Shown here piece by piece: positions 32,201 through 47,200 of a DNA stretch of 64,000 nt. Both the position numbers and the translations under genes were made by a program. The stretch covers positions 1,054,001 to 1,118,000 of the forward strand of contig CM102287.1 of NCBI GenBank assembly GCA_046563655.1. The letters run 5' to 3'. The stretch is from Yuukianura sp. NJ FZ-2021 (Eukaryota). The first letter of the stretch is position 1; each line of letters starts with the position of its first letter. The notes beneath the pieces were generated by a model that ran no database searches, was not told the DNA's origin, and was given only the letters and a program-made list of their open reading frames with translations.

Positions 32201-35200
32201 AGTATACTCACATCAATTTCAAGTCGGTGAATCCGAATTTGCAATCAGATTTCACCGGAAATCCATATTTCTCGAGATACAGCCATTTTGTGAATTTGCG
32301 GAGCAATTTAACCCCTTCAAAATTCTAGAAAAACACCTTTCTAAATACCCAACTTTGAAAGTGTAATCACATCAATTTCAAGTCGGTGAATCCAAATTCG
32401 CAATTAGATTTCACCGGAAATCCATATTTCTCGAGATACAGCCATTTTGTGAATTTGCGGAGCAATTTAACCCCCTTCAAAATTCTAGAAAAACACCTTT
32501 CTAAATACCCAACTTTGAAAGTGTAATCACATCAATTTCAAGTCGGTGAATCCAAATTCGCAATTAGACTTCACCGGAAATCCATATTTCTCGAGATACC
32601 GCCATTTTGTGAATTTGCAGAGCAACTTAACCACCTTCAAAATTCTATAAAAACTACCTTTCTAAATACGCAACTTTGAAAGTTTACTCACATCAATTTC
32701 AAGTCGGTGAATCCGAATTTGCAATTAGATTTCACCGGAAATCCATATTTCTCGAGATACAGCCATTTTGTGAATTTGCGGATTAATTTAACCCCCTTCA
32801 AAATTCTAGAAAAACTACCTTTCTAAATACCCAACTTTGAAAGTGTAATCACCTCAATTTCAAGTCGGTGAATCCAAATTCGCAATTAGATTTCACCGGA
32901 AATCCATATTTCTCGAGATACAGCCAATTTGTGAATTTGCAGAGCAATTTAACCCCCTTCAAAATTCTTGAAAAACTACCTTTCTAAATACCCACCTTTG
33001 AAAGTGTACTCACATCAATTTCAAGTCGGTGAATCCGAATTTGCAATTAGATTTCACCGGCAATCCATATTTCTCGAGATACAGCCATTTTGTGAATTTG
33101 CAGAGCAATTTAACCACCTTCAAAATTCTAGAAAAACTACCTTTCTAAATACCCAACTTTGAAAGTGTACTCACATCAATTTCAAGTCGTTGAATCCGAA
33201 TTTGCAATTAGATTTCACCGGAAATCCATATTTCTTGAGATACAGCCATTTTGTGAATTTGCAGAGCAATTTAACCCCCTTCAAAATTCTAGAAAAACTA
33301 CCTTTCTAAATACCCAACTTTGAAAGTGTAATCACATCAATTTCAAGTCGGTGAATCCAAATTCGCAATTAGATTTCACCGGAAATCCATATTTCTCGAG
33401 ATACCGCCATTTTGTGAATTTGCAGAGCAACTTAACCACCTTCAAAATTCTATAAAAACTATCTTTCTAAATACCCAACTTTGAAAGTATACTCACATCA
33501 ATTTCAAGTCGGTGAATCCGAATTTGCAATCAGATTTCACCGGAAATCCATATTTCTCGAGATACAGCCATTTTGTGAATTTGCGGAGCAATTTAACCCC
33601 CTTCAAAATTCTAGAAAAACTACCTTTCTAAATACCCAACTTTGAAAGTGTAATCACATCAATTTCAAGTCGGTGAATCCAAATTCGCAATTCGATTTCA
33701 CCGGAAATCCATATTTCTCGAGATACAGCCATTTTGTGAATTTGCAGAGCAATTTAACCCCCTTCAAAATTCTAGAAAAACTACCTTTCTAAATACCCAA
33801 CTTTGAAAGTGTAATCACATCAATTTCAAGTCGGTGAATCCAAATTCGCAATTAGATTTCACCGGAAATCCATATTTCTCGAGATACAGCCATTTTGTGA
33901 ATTTGCAGAGCAATTTAACCCCCTTCAAAATTCTTGAAAAACTACCTTTCTAAATACCCACCTTTGAAAGTGTACTCACATCAATTTCAAGTCGGTGAAT
34001 CCGAATTTGCAATTAGATTTCACCGGCAATCCATATTTCTCGAGATACAGCCATTTTGTGAATTTGCAGAGCAATTTAACCACCTTCAAAATTCTAGAAA
34101 AACTACTTTTCTAAATACGCAACTTTGAAAGTTTACTCACATCAATTTCAAGTCGTTGAATCCGAATTTGCAATTAGATTTCACCGGAAATCCATATTTC
34201 TTGAGATACAGCCATTTTGTGAATTTGCAGAGCAATTTAACCCCCTTCAAAATTCTAGAAAAACTACCTTTCTGAATACCCAACTTTGAAAGTGTAATCA
34301 CATCAATTTCAAGTCGGTGAATCCAAATTCGCAATTAGATTTCACCGGAAATCCATATTTCTCGAGATACCGCCATATTGTGAATTTGCAGAGCAACTTA
34401 ACCACCTTCAAAATTCTATAAAAACTATCTTTCTAAATACCCAACTTTGAAAGTATACTCACATCAATTTCAAGTCGGTGAATCCGAATTTGCAATCAGA
34501 TTTCACCGGAAATCCATATTTCTCGAGATACAGCCATTTTGTGAATTTGCGGAGCAATTTAACCCCCTTCAAAATTCTAGAAAAACTACCTTTCTAAATA
34601 CCCAACTTTGAAAGTGTAATCACATCAATTTCAAGTCGGTGAATCCGAATTTGCAATTAGATCTCACCGGAAATCCATATTTCTCGAGATACAGCCATTT
34701 TGTGAATTTGCAGAGCAATTTAACCCCCTTCAAAATTCTAGAAAAACTACCTTTCTAAATACCCAACTTTGAAAGTGTACTCACATCAATTTCAAGTCGG
34801 TGAATCCGAATTTGCAATTTGATCTCACCGGAAATCCATATTTCTCGAGATACAGCCATTTTGTGAATTTGCGGAGCAATTTAACCCCCTACAAAATTCT
34901 AGAAAAACTACCTTTCTAAATACCCAACTTTGAAAGTATACTCACATCAATTTCAAGTCGGTGAATCCAAATTCGCAATTAGATTTCACCGGAAATCCAT
35001 ATTTCTCGAGATACCGCCATTTTGTGAATTTGCAGAGCAACTTAACCACCTTCAAAATTCTATAAAAACTATCTTTCTAAATACCCAACTTTGAAAGTAT
35101 ACTCACATCAATTTCAAGTCGGTGAATCCGAATTTGCAATCAGATTTCACCGGAAATCCATATTTCTCGAGATACAGCCATTTTGTGAATTTGCGGAGCA

Positions 35201-38200
35201 ATTTAACCCCCTTCAAAATTCTAGAAAAACTACCTTTCTAAATACCCAACTTTGAAAGTGTAATCACATCAATTTCAAGTCGGTGAATCCAAATTCGCAA
35301 TTAGATTTCACCGGAAATCCATATTTCTCGAGATACAGCCATTTTGTGAATTTGCGGAGCAATTTAACCCCCTTCAAAATTCTAGAAAAACACCTTTCTA
35401 AATACCCAACTTTGAAAGTGTAATCACATCAATTTCAAGTCGGTGAATCCAAATTCGCAATTAGACTTCACCGGAAATCCATATTTCTCGAGATACCGCC
35501 ATTTTGTGAATTTGCAGAGCAACTTAACCCCCTTCAAAATTCTAGAAAAACTACCTTTCTAAATACCCACCTTTGAAAGTGTACTCACATCAATTTCAAT
35601 TCGGTGAATCCGAATTTGCAATTAGATTTCACCGGAAATCCATATTTCTCGAGATACAGCCATTTTGTGAATTTGCGGATTAATTTAACCCCCTTCAAAA
35701 TTCTAGAAAAACTACCTTTCTAAATACCCAACTTTGAAAGTGTAATCACCTCAATTTCAAGTCGGTGAATCCAAATTCGCAATTAGATTTCACCGGAAAT
35801 CCATATTTCTCGAGATACAGCCAATTTGTGAATTTGCAGAGCAATTTAACCCCTTCAAAATTCTTGAAAAACTACCTTTCTAAATACCCACCTTTGAAAG
35901 TGTACTCACATCAATTTCAAGTCGGTGAATCCGAATTTGCAATTAGATTTCACCGGCAATCCATATTTCTCGAGATACAGCCATTTTGTGAATTTGCAGA
36001 GCAATTTAACCACCTTCAAAATTCTAGAAAAACTACCTTTCTAAATACCCAACTTTGAAAGTGTACTCACATCAATTTCAAGTCGGTTGAATCCGAATTT
36101 GCAATTAGATTTCACCGGAAATCCATATTTCTTGAGATACAGCCATTTTGTGAATTTGCAGAGCAATTTAACCCCCTTCAAAATTCTAGAAAAACTACCT
36201 TTCTAAATACCCAACTTTGAAAGTGTAATCACATCAATTTCAAGTCGGTGAATCCAAATTCGCAATTAGATTTCACCGGAAATCCATATTTCTCGAGATA
36301 CCGCCATTTTGTGAATTTGCAGAGCAACTTAACCACCTTCAAAATTCTATAAAAACTACCTTTCTAAATACGCAACTTTGAAAGTTTACTCACATCAATT
36401 TCAAGTCGGTGAATCCGAATTTGCAATCAGATTTCACCGGAAATCTATATTTCTCGAGATACAGCCATTTTGTGAATTTGCGGAGCAATTTAACCCCCTT
36501 CAAAATTCTAGAAAAACACCTTTCTAAATACCCAACTTTGAAAGTGTAATCACATCAATTTCAAGTCGGTGAATCCGAATTTGCAATTAGATCTCACCGG
36601 AAATCCATATTTCTCGAGATACAGCCATTTTGTGAATTTGCAGAGCAATTTAACCCTCTTCAAAATTCTAGAAAAACTACCTTTCTAAATACCCAACTTT
36701 GAAAGTGTACTCACATCAATTTCAAGTCGGTGAATCCGAATTTGCAATTTGATCTCACCGGAAATCCATATTTCTCGAGATACAGCCATTTTGTGAATTT
36801 GCGGAGCAATTTAACCCCCTTACAAAATTCTAGAAAAACTACCTTTCTAAATACCCAACTTTGAAAGTATACTCACATCAATTTCAAGTCGGTGAATCCA
36901 AATTCGCAATTAGATTTCACCGGAAATCCATATTTCTCGAGATACCGCCATTTTGTGAATTTGCAGAGCAACTTAACCACCTTCAAAATTCTATAAAAAC
37001 TATCTTTCTAAATACCCAACTTTGAAAGTATACTCACATCAATTTCAAGTCGGTGAATCCGAATTTGCAATTTAAATTTCACCGGAAATCCATATTTCTC
37101 GAGATACAGCCATTTTGTGAATTTGCGGAGCAATTTAACCCCCTTCAAAATTCTAGAAAAACACCTTTCTAAATACCCAACTTTGAAAGTGTAATCACAT
37201 CAATTTCAAGTCGGTGAATCCAAATTCGCAATTAGATTTCACCGGAAATCCATATTTCTCGAGATACCGCCATTTTGTGAATTTGCAGAGCAACTTAACC
37301 ACCTTCAAAATTCTATAAAAACTATCTTTCTAAATACCCAACTTTGAAAGTATACTCACATCAATTTCAAGTCGGTGAATCCGAATTTGCAATTCAGATT
37401 TCACCGGAAATCCATATTTCTCGAGATACAGCCATTTTGTGAATTTGCGGAGCAATTTAACCCCTTCAAAATTCTAGAAAAACACCTTTCTAAATACCCA
37501 ACTTTGAAAGTGTAATCACATCAATTTCAAGTCGGTGAATCCAAATTCGCAATTAGATTTCACCGGAAATCCATATTTCTCGAGATACAGCCATTTTGTG
37601 AATTTGCGGAGCAATTTAACCCCCTTCAAAATTCTAGAAAAACACCTTTCTAAATACCCAACTTTGAAAGTGTAATCACATCAATTTCAAGTCGGTGAAT
37701 CCAAATTCGCAATTAGATTTCACCGGAAATCCATATTTCTCGAGATACCGCCATTTTGTGAATTTGCAGAGCAACTTAACCACCTTCAAAATTCTATAAA
37801 AACTATCTTTCTAAATACCCAACTTTGAAAGTATACTCACATCAATTTCAAGTCGGTGAATCCGAATTTGCAATCAGATTTCACCGGAAATCCATATTTC
37901 TCGAGATACAGCCATTTTGTGAATTTGCGGAGCAATTTAACCCCCTTCAAAATTCTAGAAAAACTACCTTTCTAAATACCCAACTTTGAAAGTGTAATCA
38001 CATCAATTTCAAGTCGGTGAATCCAAATTCGCAATTCGATTTCACCGGAAATCCATATTTCTCGAGATACAGCCATTTTGTGAATTTGCAGAGCAATTTA
38101 ACCCCCTTCAAAATTCTAGAAAAACTACCTTTCTAAATACCCAACTTTGAAAGTGTAATCACATCAATTTCAAGTCGGTGAATCCAAATTCGCAATTAGA

Positions 38201-41200
38201 TTTCACCGGAAATCCATATTTCTCGAGATACAGCCATTTTGTGAATTTGCAGAGCAATTTAACCCCCTTCAAAATTCTTGAAAAACTACCTTTCTAAATA
38301 CCCACCTTTGAAAGTGTACTCACATCAATTTCAAGTCGGTGAATCCGAATTTGCAATTAGATTTCACCGGCAATCCATATTTCTCGAGATACAGCCATTT
38401 TGTGAATTTGCGGATTAATTTAACCCCCTTCAAAATTCTAGAAAAACTACCTTTCTAAATACCCAACTTTGAAAGTGTAATCACCTCAATTTCAAGTCGG
38501 TGAATCCAAATTCGCAATTAGATTTCACCGGAAATCCATATTTCTCGAGATACAGCCAATTTGTGAATTTGCAGAGCAATTTAACCCCCTTCAAAATTCT
38601 TGAAAAACTACCTTTCTAAATACCCACCTTTGAAAGTGTACTCACATCAATTTCAAGTCGGTGAATCCGAATTTGCAATTAGATTTCACCGGCAATCCAT
38701 ATTTCTCGAGATACAGCCATTTTGTGAATTTGCAGAGCAATTTAACCACCTTCAAAATTCTAGAAAAACTACCTTTCTAAATACCCAACTTTGAAAGTGT
38801 ACTCACATCAATTTCAAGTCGTTGAATCCGAATTTGCAATTAGATTTCACCGGAAATCCATATTTCTTGAGATACAGCCATTTTGTGAATTTGCAGAGCA
38901 ATTTAACCCCCTTCAAAATTCTATAAAAACTACCTTTCTAAATACGCAACTTTGAAAGTTTACTCACATCAATTTCAAGTCGGTGAATCCGAATTTGCAA
39001 TTAGATCTCACCGGAAATCCATATTTCTCGAGATACAGCCATTTTGTGAATTTGCAGAGCAATTTAACCCCCTTCAAAATTCTAGAAAAACTACCTTTCT
39101 AAATACCCAACTTTGAAAGTGTACTCACATCAATTTCAAGTCGGTGAATCCGAATTTGCAATTTGATCTCACCGGAAATCCATATTTCTCGAGATACAGC
39201 CATTTTGTGAATTTGCGGAGCAATTTAACCCCCTACAAAATTCTAGAAAAACTACCTTTCTAAATACCCAACTTTGAAAGTATACTCACATCAATTTCAA
39301 GTCGGTGAATCCAAATTCGCAATTAGATTTCACCGGAAATCCATATTTCTCGAGATACCGCCATTTTGTGAATTTGCAGAGCAACTTAACCACCTTCAAA
39401 ATTCTATAAAAACTATCTTTCTAAATACCCAACTTTGAAAGTATACTCACATCAATTTCAAGTCGGTGAATCCGAATTTGCAATCAGATTTCACCGGAAA
39501 TCCATATTTCTCGAGATACAGCCATTTTGTGAATTTGCGGAGCAATTTAACCCCCTTCAAAATTCTAGAAAAACACCTTTCTAAATACCCAACTTTGAAA
39601 GTGTAATCACATCAATTTCAAGTCGGTGAATCCAAATTCGCAATTAGATTTCACCGGAAATCCATATTTCTCGAGATACAGCCATTTTGTGAATTTGCGG
39701 AGCAATTTAACCCCCTTCAAAATTCTAGAAAAACACCTTTCTAAATACCCAACTTTGAAAGTGTAATCACATCAATTTCAAGTCGGTGAATCCAAATTCG
39801 CAATTAGATTTCACCGGAAATCCATATTTCTCGAGATACCGCCATTTTGTGAATTTGCAGAGCAACTTAACCACCTTCAAAATTCTATAAAAACTATCTT
39901 TCTAAATACCCAACTTTGAAAGTATACTCACATCAATTTCAAGTCGGTGAATCCGAATTTGCAATCAGATTTCACCGGAAATCCATATTTCTCGAGATAC
40001 AGCCATTTTGTGAATTTGCGGAGCAATTTAACCCCCTTCAAAATTCTAGAAAAACTACCTTTCTAAATACCCAACTTTGAAAGTGTAATCACATCAATTT
40101 CAAGTCGGTGAATCCAAATTCGCAATTCGATTTCACCGGAAATCCATATTTCTCGAGATACAGCCATTTTGTGAATTTGCAGAGCAATTTAACCCCCTTC
40201 AAAATTCTAGAAAAACTACCTTTCTAAATACCCAACTTTGAAAGTGTAATCACATCAATTTCAAGTCGGTGAATCCAAATTCGCAATTAGATTTCACCGG
40301 AAATCCATATTTCTCGAGATACAGCCATTTTGTGAATTTGCAGAGCAATTTAACCCCCTTCAAAATTCTTGAAAAACTACCTTTCTAAATACCCACCTTT
40401 GAAAGTGTACTCACATCAATTTCAAGTCGGTGAATCCGAATTTGCAATTAGATTTCACCGGCAATCCATATTTCTCGAGATACAGCCATTTTGTGAATTT
40501 GCAGAGCAATTTAACCACCTTCAAAATTCTAGAAAAACTACTTTTCTAAATACGCAACTTTGAAAGTTTACTCACATCAATTTCAAGTCGTTGAATCCGA
40601 ATTTGCAATTAGATTTCACCGGAAATCCATATTTCTTGAGATACAGCCATTTTGTGAATTTGCAGAGCAATTTAACCCCCTTCAAAATTCTAGAAAAACT
40701 ACCTTTCTGAATACCCAACTTTGAAAGTGTAATCACATCAATTTCAAGTCGGTGAATCCAAATTCGCAATTAGATTTCACCGGAAATCCATATTTCTCGA
40801 GATACCGCCATATTGTGAATTTGCAGAGCAACTTAACCACCTTCAAAATTCTATAAAAACTATCTTTCTAAATACCCAACTTTGAAAGTATACTCACATC
40901 AATTTCAAGTCGGTGAATCCGAATTTGCAATCAGATTTCACCGGAAATCTATATTTCTCGAGATACAGCCATTTTGTGAATTTGCGGAGCAATTTAACCC
41001 CCTTCAAAATTCTAGAAAAACACCTTTCTAAATACCCAACTTTGAAAGTGTAATCACATCAATTTCAAGTCGGTGAATCCGAATTTGCAATTAGATCTCA
41101 CCGGAAATCCATATTTCTCGAGATACAGCCATTTTGTGAATTTGCAGAGCAATTTAACCCCCTTCAAAATTCTAGAAAAACTACCTTTCTAAATACCCAA

Positions 41201-44200
41201 CTTTGAAAGTGTACTCACATCAATTTCAAGTCGGTGAATCCGAATTTGCAATTTGATCTCACCGGAAATCCATATTTCTCGAGATACAGCCATTTTGTGA
41301 ATTTGCGGAGCAATTTAACCCCCTACAAAATTCTAGAAAAACTACCTTTCTAAATACCCAACTTTGAAAGTATACTCACATCAATTTCAAGTCGGTGAAT
41401 CCAAATTCGCAATTAGATTTCACCGGAAATCCATATTTCTCGAGATACCGCCATTTTGTGAATTTGCAGAGCAACTTAACCACCTTCAAAATTCTATAAA
41501 AACTATCTTTCTAAATACCCAACTTTGAAAGTATACTCACATCAATTTCAAGTCGGTGAATCCGAATTTGCAATCAGATTTCACCGGAAATCCATATTTC
41601 TCGAGATACAGCCATTTTGTGAATTTGCGGAGCAATTTAACCCCTTCAAAATTCTAGAAAAACACCTTTCTAAATACCCAACTTTGAAAGTGTAATCACA
41701 TCAATTTCAAGTCGGTGAATCCAAATTCGCAATTAGATTTCACCGGAAATCCATATTTCTCGAGATACAGCCATTTTGTGAATTTGCGGAGCAATTTAAC
41801 CCCCTTCAAAATTCTAGAAAAACACCTTTCTAAATACCCAACTTTGAAAGTGTAATCACATCAATTTCAAGTCGGTGAATCCAAATTCGCAATTAGACTT
41901 CACCGGAAATCCATATTTCTCGAGATACCGCCATTTTGTGAATTTGCAGAGCAACTTAACCCCCTTCAAAATTCTAGAAAAACTACCTTTCTAAATACCC
42001 ACCTTTGAAAGTGTACTCACATCAATTTCAATTCGGTGAATCCGAATTTGCAATTAGATTTCACCGGAAATCCATATTTCTCGAGATACAGCCATTTTGT
42101 GAATTTGCGGATTAATTTAACCCCTTCAAAATTCTAGAAAAACTACCTTTCTAAATACCCAACTTTGAAAGTGTAATCACCTCAATTTCAAGTCGGTGAA
42201 TCCAAATTCGCAATTAGATTTCACCGGAAATCCATATTTCTCGAGATACAGCCAATTTGTGAATTTGCAGAGCAATTTAACCCCCTTCAAAATTCTTGAA
42301 AAACTACCTTTCTAAATACCCACCTTTGAAAGTGTACTCACATCAATTTCAAGTCGGTGAATCCGAATTTGCAATTAGATTTCACCGGCAATCCATATTT
42401 CTCGAGATACAGCCATTTTGTGAATTTGCAGAGCAATTTAACCACCTTCAAAATTCTAGAAAAACTACCTTTCTAAATACCCAACTTTGAAAGTGTACTC
42501 ACATCAATTTCAAGTCGTTGAATCCGAATTTGCAATTAGATTTCACCGGAAATCCATATTTCTTGAGATACAGCCATTTTGTGAATTTGCAGAGCAATTT
42601 AACCCCCTTCAAAATTCTAGAAAAACTACCTTTCTAAATACCCAACTTTGAAAGTGTAATCACATCAATTTCAAGTCGGTGAATCCAAATTCGCAATTAG
42701 ATTTCACCGGAAATCCATATTTCTCGAGATACCGCCATTTTGTGAATTTGCAGAGCAACTTAACCACCTTCAAAATTCTATAAAAACTACCTTTCTAAAT
42801 ACGCAACTTTGAAAGTTTACTCACATCAATTTCAAGTCGGTGAATCCGAATTTGCAATCAGATTTCACCGGAAATCTATATTTCTCGAGATACAGCCATT
42901 TTGTGAATTTGCGGAGCAATTTAACCCCCTTCAAAATTCTAGAAAAACACCTTTCTAAATACCCAACTTTGAAAGTGTAATCACATCAATTTCAAGTCGG
43001 TGAATCCGAATTTGCAATTAGATCTCACCGGAAATCCATATTTCTCGAGATACAGCCATTTTGTGAATTTGCAGAGCAATTTAACCCCCTTCAAAATTCT
43101 AGAAAAACTACCTTTCTAAATACCCAACTTTGAAAGTGTACTCACATCAATTTCAAGTCGGTGAATCCGAATTTGCAATTTGATCTCACCGGAAATCCAT
43201 ATTTCTCGAGATACAGCCATTTTGTGAATTTGCGGAGCAATTTAACCCCCTACAAAATTCTAGAAAAACTACCTTTCTAAATACCCAACTTTGAAAGTAT
43301 ACTCACATCAATTTCAAGTCGGTGAATCCAAATTCGCAATTAGATTTCACCGGAAATCCATATTTCTCGAGATACCGCCATTTTGTGAATTTGCAGAGCA
43401 ACTTAACCACCTTCAAAATTCTATAAAAACTATCTTTCTAAATACCCAACTTTGAAAGTATACTCACATCAATTTCAAGTCGGTGAATCCGAATTTGCAA
43501 TCAGATTTCACCGGAAATCCATACTTCTCGAGATACAGCCATTTTGTGAATTTGCGGAGCAATTTAACCCCTTCAAAATTCTAGAAAAACACCTTTCTAA
43601 ATACCCAACTTTGAAAGTGTAATCACATCAATTTCAAGTCGGTGAATCCAAATTCGCAATTAGATTTCACCGGAAATCCATATTTCTCGAGATACAGCCA
43701 TTTTGTGAATTTGCGGAGCAATTTAACCCCCTTCAAAATTCTAGAAAAACACCTTTCTAAATACCCAACTTTGAAAGTGTAATCACATCAATTTCAAGTC
43801 GGTGAATCCAAATTCGCAATTAGACTTCACCGGAAATCCATATTTCTCGAGATACCGCCATTTTGTGAATTTGCAGAGCAACTTAACCCCCTTCAAAATT
43901 CTAGAAAAACTACCTTTCTAAATACCCACCTTTGAAAGTGTACTCACATCAATTTCAATTCGGTGAATCCGAATTTGCAATTAGATTTCACCGGAAATCC
44001 ATATTTCTCGAGATACAGCCATTTTGTGAATTTGCGGATTAATTTAACCCCTTCAAAATTCTAGAAAAACTACCTTTCTAAATACCCAACTTTGAAAGTG
44101 TAATCACCTCAATTTCAAGTCGGTGAATCCAAATTCGCAATTAGATTTCACCGGAAATCCATATTTCTCGAGATACAGCCAATTTGTGAATTTGCAGAGC

Positions 44201-47200
44201 AATTTAACCCCCTTCAAAATTCTTGAAAAACTACCTTTCTAAATACCCACCTTTGAAAGTGTACTCACATCAATTTCAAGTCGGTGAATCCGAATTTGCA
44301 ATTAGATTTCACCGGCAATCCATATTTCTCGAGATACAGCCATTTTGTGAATTTGCAGAGCAATTTAACCACCTTCAAAATTCTAGAAAAACTACCTTTC
44401 TAAATACCCAACTTTGAAAGTGTAATCACATCAATTTCAAGTCGGTGAATCCAAATTCGCAATTAGATTTCACCGGAAATCCATATTTCTCGAGATACCG
44501 CCATTTTGTGAATTTGCAGAGCAACTTAACCACCTTCAAAATTCTATAAAAACTATCTTTCTAAATACCCAACTTTGAAAGTATACTCACATCAATTTCA
44601 AGTCGGTGAATCCGAATTTGCAATCAGATTTCACCGGAAATCCATATTTCTCGAGATACAGCCATTTTGTGAATTTGCGGAGCAATTTAACCCCTTCAAA
44701 ATTCTAGAAAAACTACCTTTCTAAATACCCAACTTTGAAAGTGTAATCACATCAATTTCAGGTCGGTGAATCCAAATTCGCAATTCGATTTCACCGGAAA
44801 TCCATATTTCTCGAGATACAGCCATTTTGTGAATTTGCAGAGCAATTTAACCCCCTTCAAAATTCTAGAAAAACTACCTTTCTAAATACCCAACTTTGAA
44901 AGTATACTCACATCAATTTCAAGTCGGTGAATCCAAATTCGCAATTAGATTTCACCGGAAATCCATATTTCTCGAGATACCGCCATTTTGTGAATTTGCA
45001 GAGCAACTTAACCACCTTCAAAATTCTATAAAAACTATCTTTCTAAATACCCAACTTTGAAAGTATACTCACATCAATTTCAAGTCGGTGAATCCGAATT
45101 TGCAATCAGATTTCACCGGAAATCCATATTTCTCGAGATACAGCCATTTTGTGAATTTGCGGAGCAATTTAACCCCTTCAAAATTCTAGAAAAACACCTT
45201 TCTAAATACCCAACTTTGAAAGTGTAATCACATCAATTTCAAGTCGGTGAATCCAAATTCGCAATTAGATTTCACCGGAAATCCATATTTCTCGAGATAC
45301 AGCCATTTTGTGAATTTGCGGAGCAATTTAACCCCCTTCAAAATTCTAGAAAAACACCTTTCTAAATACCCAACTTTGAAAGTGTAATCACATCAATTTC
45401 AAGTCGGTGAATCCAAATTCGCAATTAGACTTCACCGGAAATCCATATTTCTCGAGATACCGCCATTTTGTGAATTTGCAGAGCAACTTAACCCCCTTCA
45501 AAATTCTAGAAAAACTACCTTTCTAAATACCCACCTTTGAAAGTGTACTCACATCAATTTCAATTCGGTGAATCCGAATTTGCAATTAGATTTCACCGGA
45601 AATCCATATTTCTCGAGATACAGCCATTTTGTGAATTTGCGGATTAATTTAACCCCTTCAAAATTCTAGAAAAACTACCTTTCTAAATACCCAACTTTGA
45701 AAGTGTAATCACCTCAATTTCAAGTCGGTGAATCCAAATTCGCAATTAGATTTCACCGGAAATCCATATTTCTCGAGATACAGCCAATTTGTGAATTTGC
45801 AGAGCAATTTAACCCCCTTCAAAATTCTTGAAAAACTACCTTTCTAAATACCCACCTTTGAAAGTGTACTCACATCAATTTCAAGTCGGTGAATCCGAAT
45901 TTGCAATTAGATTTCACCGGCAATCCATATTTCTCGAGATACAGCCATTTTGTGAATTTGCAGAGCAATTTAACCACCTTCAAAATTCTAGAAAAACTAC
46001 CTTTCTAAATACCCAACTTTGAAAGTGTACTCACATCAATTTCAAGTCGTTGAATCCGAATTTGCAATTAGATTTCACCGGAAATCCATATTTCTTGAGA
46101 TACAGCCATTTTGTGAATTTGCAGAGCAATTTAACCCCCTTCAAAATTCTAGAAAAACTACCTTTCTAAATACCCAACTTTGAAAGTGTAATCACATCAA
46201 TTTCAAGTCGGTGAATCCAAATTCGCAATTAGATTTCACCGGAAATCCATATTTCTCGAGATACCGCCATTTTGTGAATTTGCAGAGCAACTTAACCACC
46301 TTCAAAATTCTATAAAAACTACCTTTCTAAATACGCAACTTTGAAAGTTTACTCACATCAATTTCAAGTCGGTGAATCCGAATTTGCAATCAGATTTCAC
46401 CGGAAATCTATATTTCTCGAGATACAGCCATTTTGTGAATTTGCGGAGCAATTTAACCCCCTTCAAAATTCTAGAAAAACACCTTTCTAAATACCCAACT
46501 TTGAAAGTGTAATCACATCAATTTCAAGTCGGTGAATCCGAATTTGCAATTAGATCTCACCGGAAATCCATATTTCCCGAGATACAGCCATTTTGTGAAT
46601 TTGCAGAGCAATTTAACCCCCTTCAAAATTCTAGAAAAACTACCTTTCTAAATACCCAACTTTGAAAGTGTACTCACATCAATTTCAAGTCGGTGAATCC
46701 GAATTTGCAATTTGATCTCACCGGAAATCCATATTTCTCGAGATACAGCCATTTTGTGAATTTGCGGAGCAATTTAACCCCCTACAAAATTCTAGAAAAA
46801 CTACCTTTCTAAATACCCAACTTTGAAAGTATACTCACATCAATTTCAAGTCGGTGAATCCAAATTCGCAATTAGATTTCACCGGAAATCCATATTTCTC
46901 GAGATACCGCCATTTTGTGAATTTGCAGAGCAACTTAACCACCTTCAAAATTCTATAAAAACTATCTTTCTAAATACCCAACTTTGAAAGTATACTCACA
47001 TCAATTTCAAGTCGGTGAATCCGAATTTGCAATCAGATTTCACCGGAAATCCATATTTCTCGAGATACAGCCATTTTGTGAATTTGCGGAGCAATTTAAC
47101 CCCCTTCAAAATTCTAGAAAAACACCTTTCTAAATACCCAACTTTGAAAGTGTAATCACATCAATTTCAAGTCGGTGAATCCAAATTCGCAATTAGATTT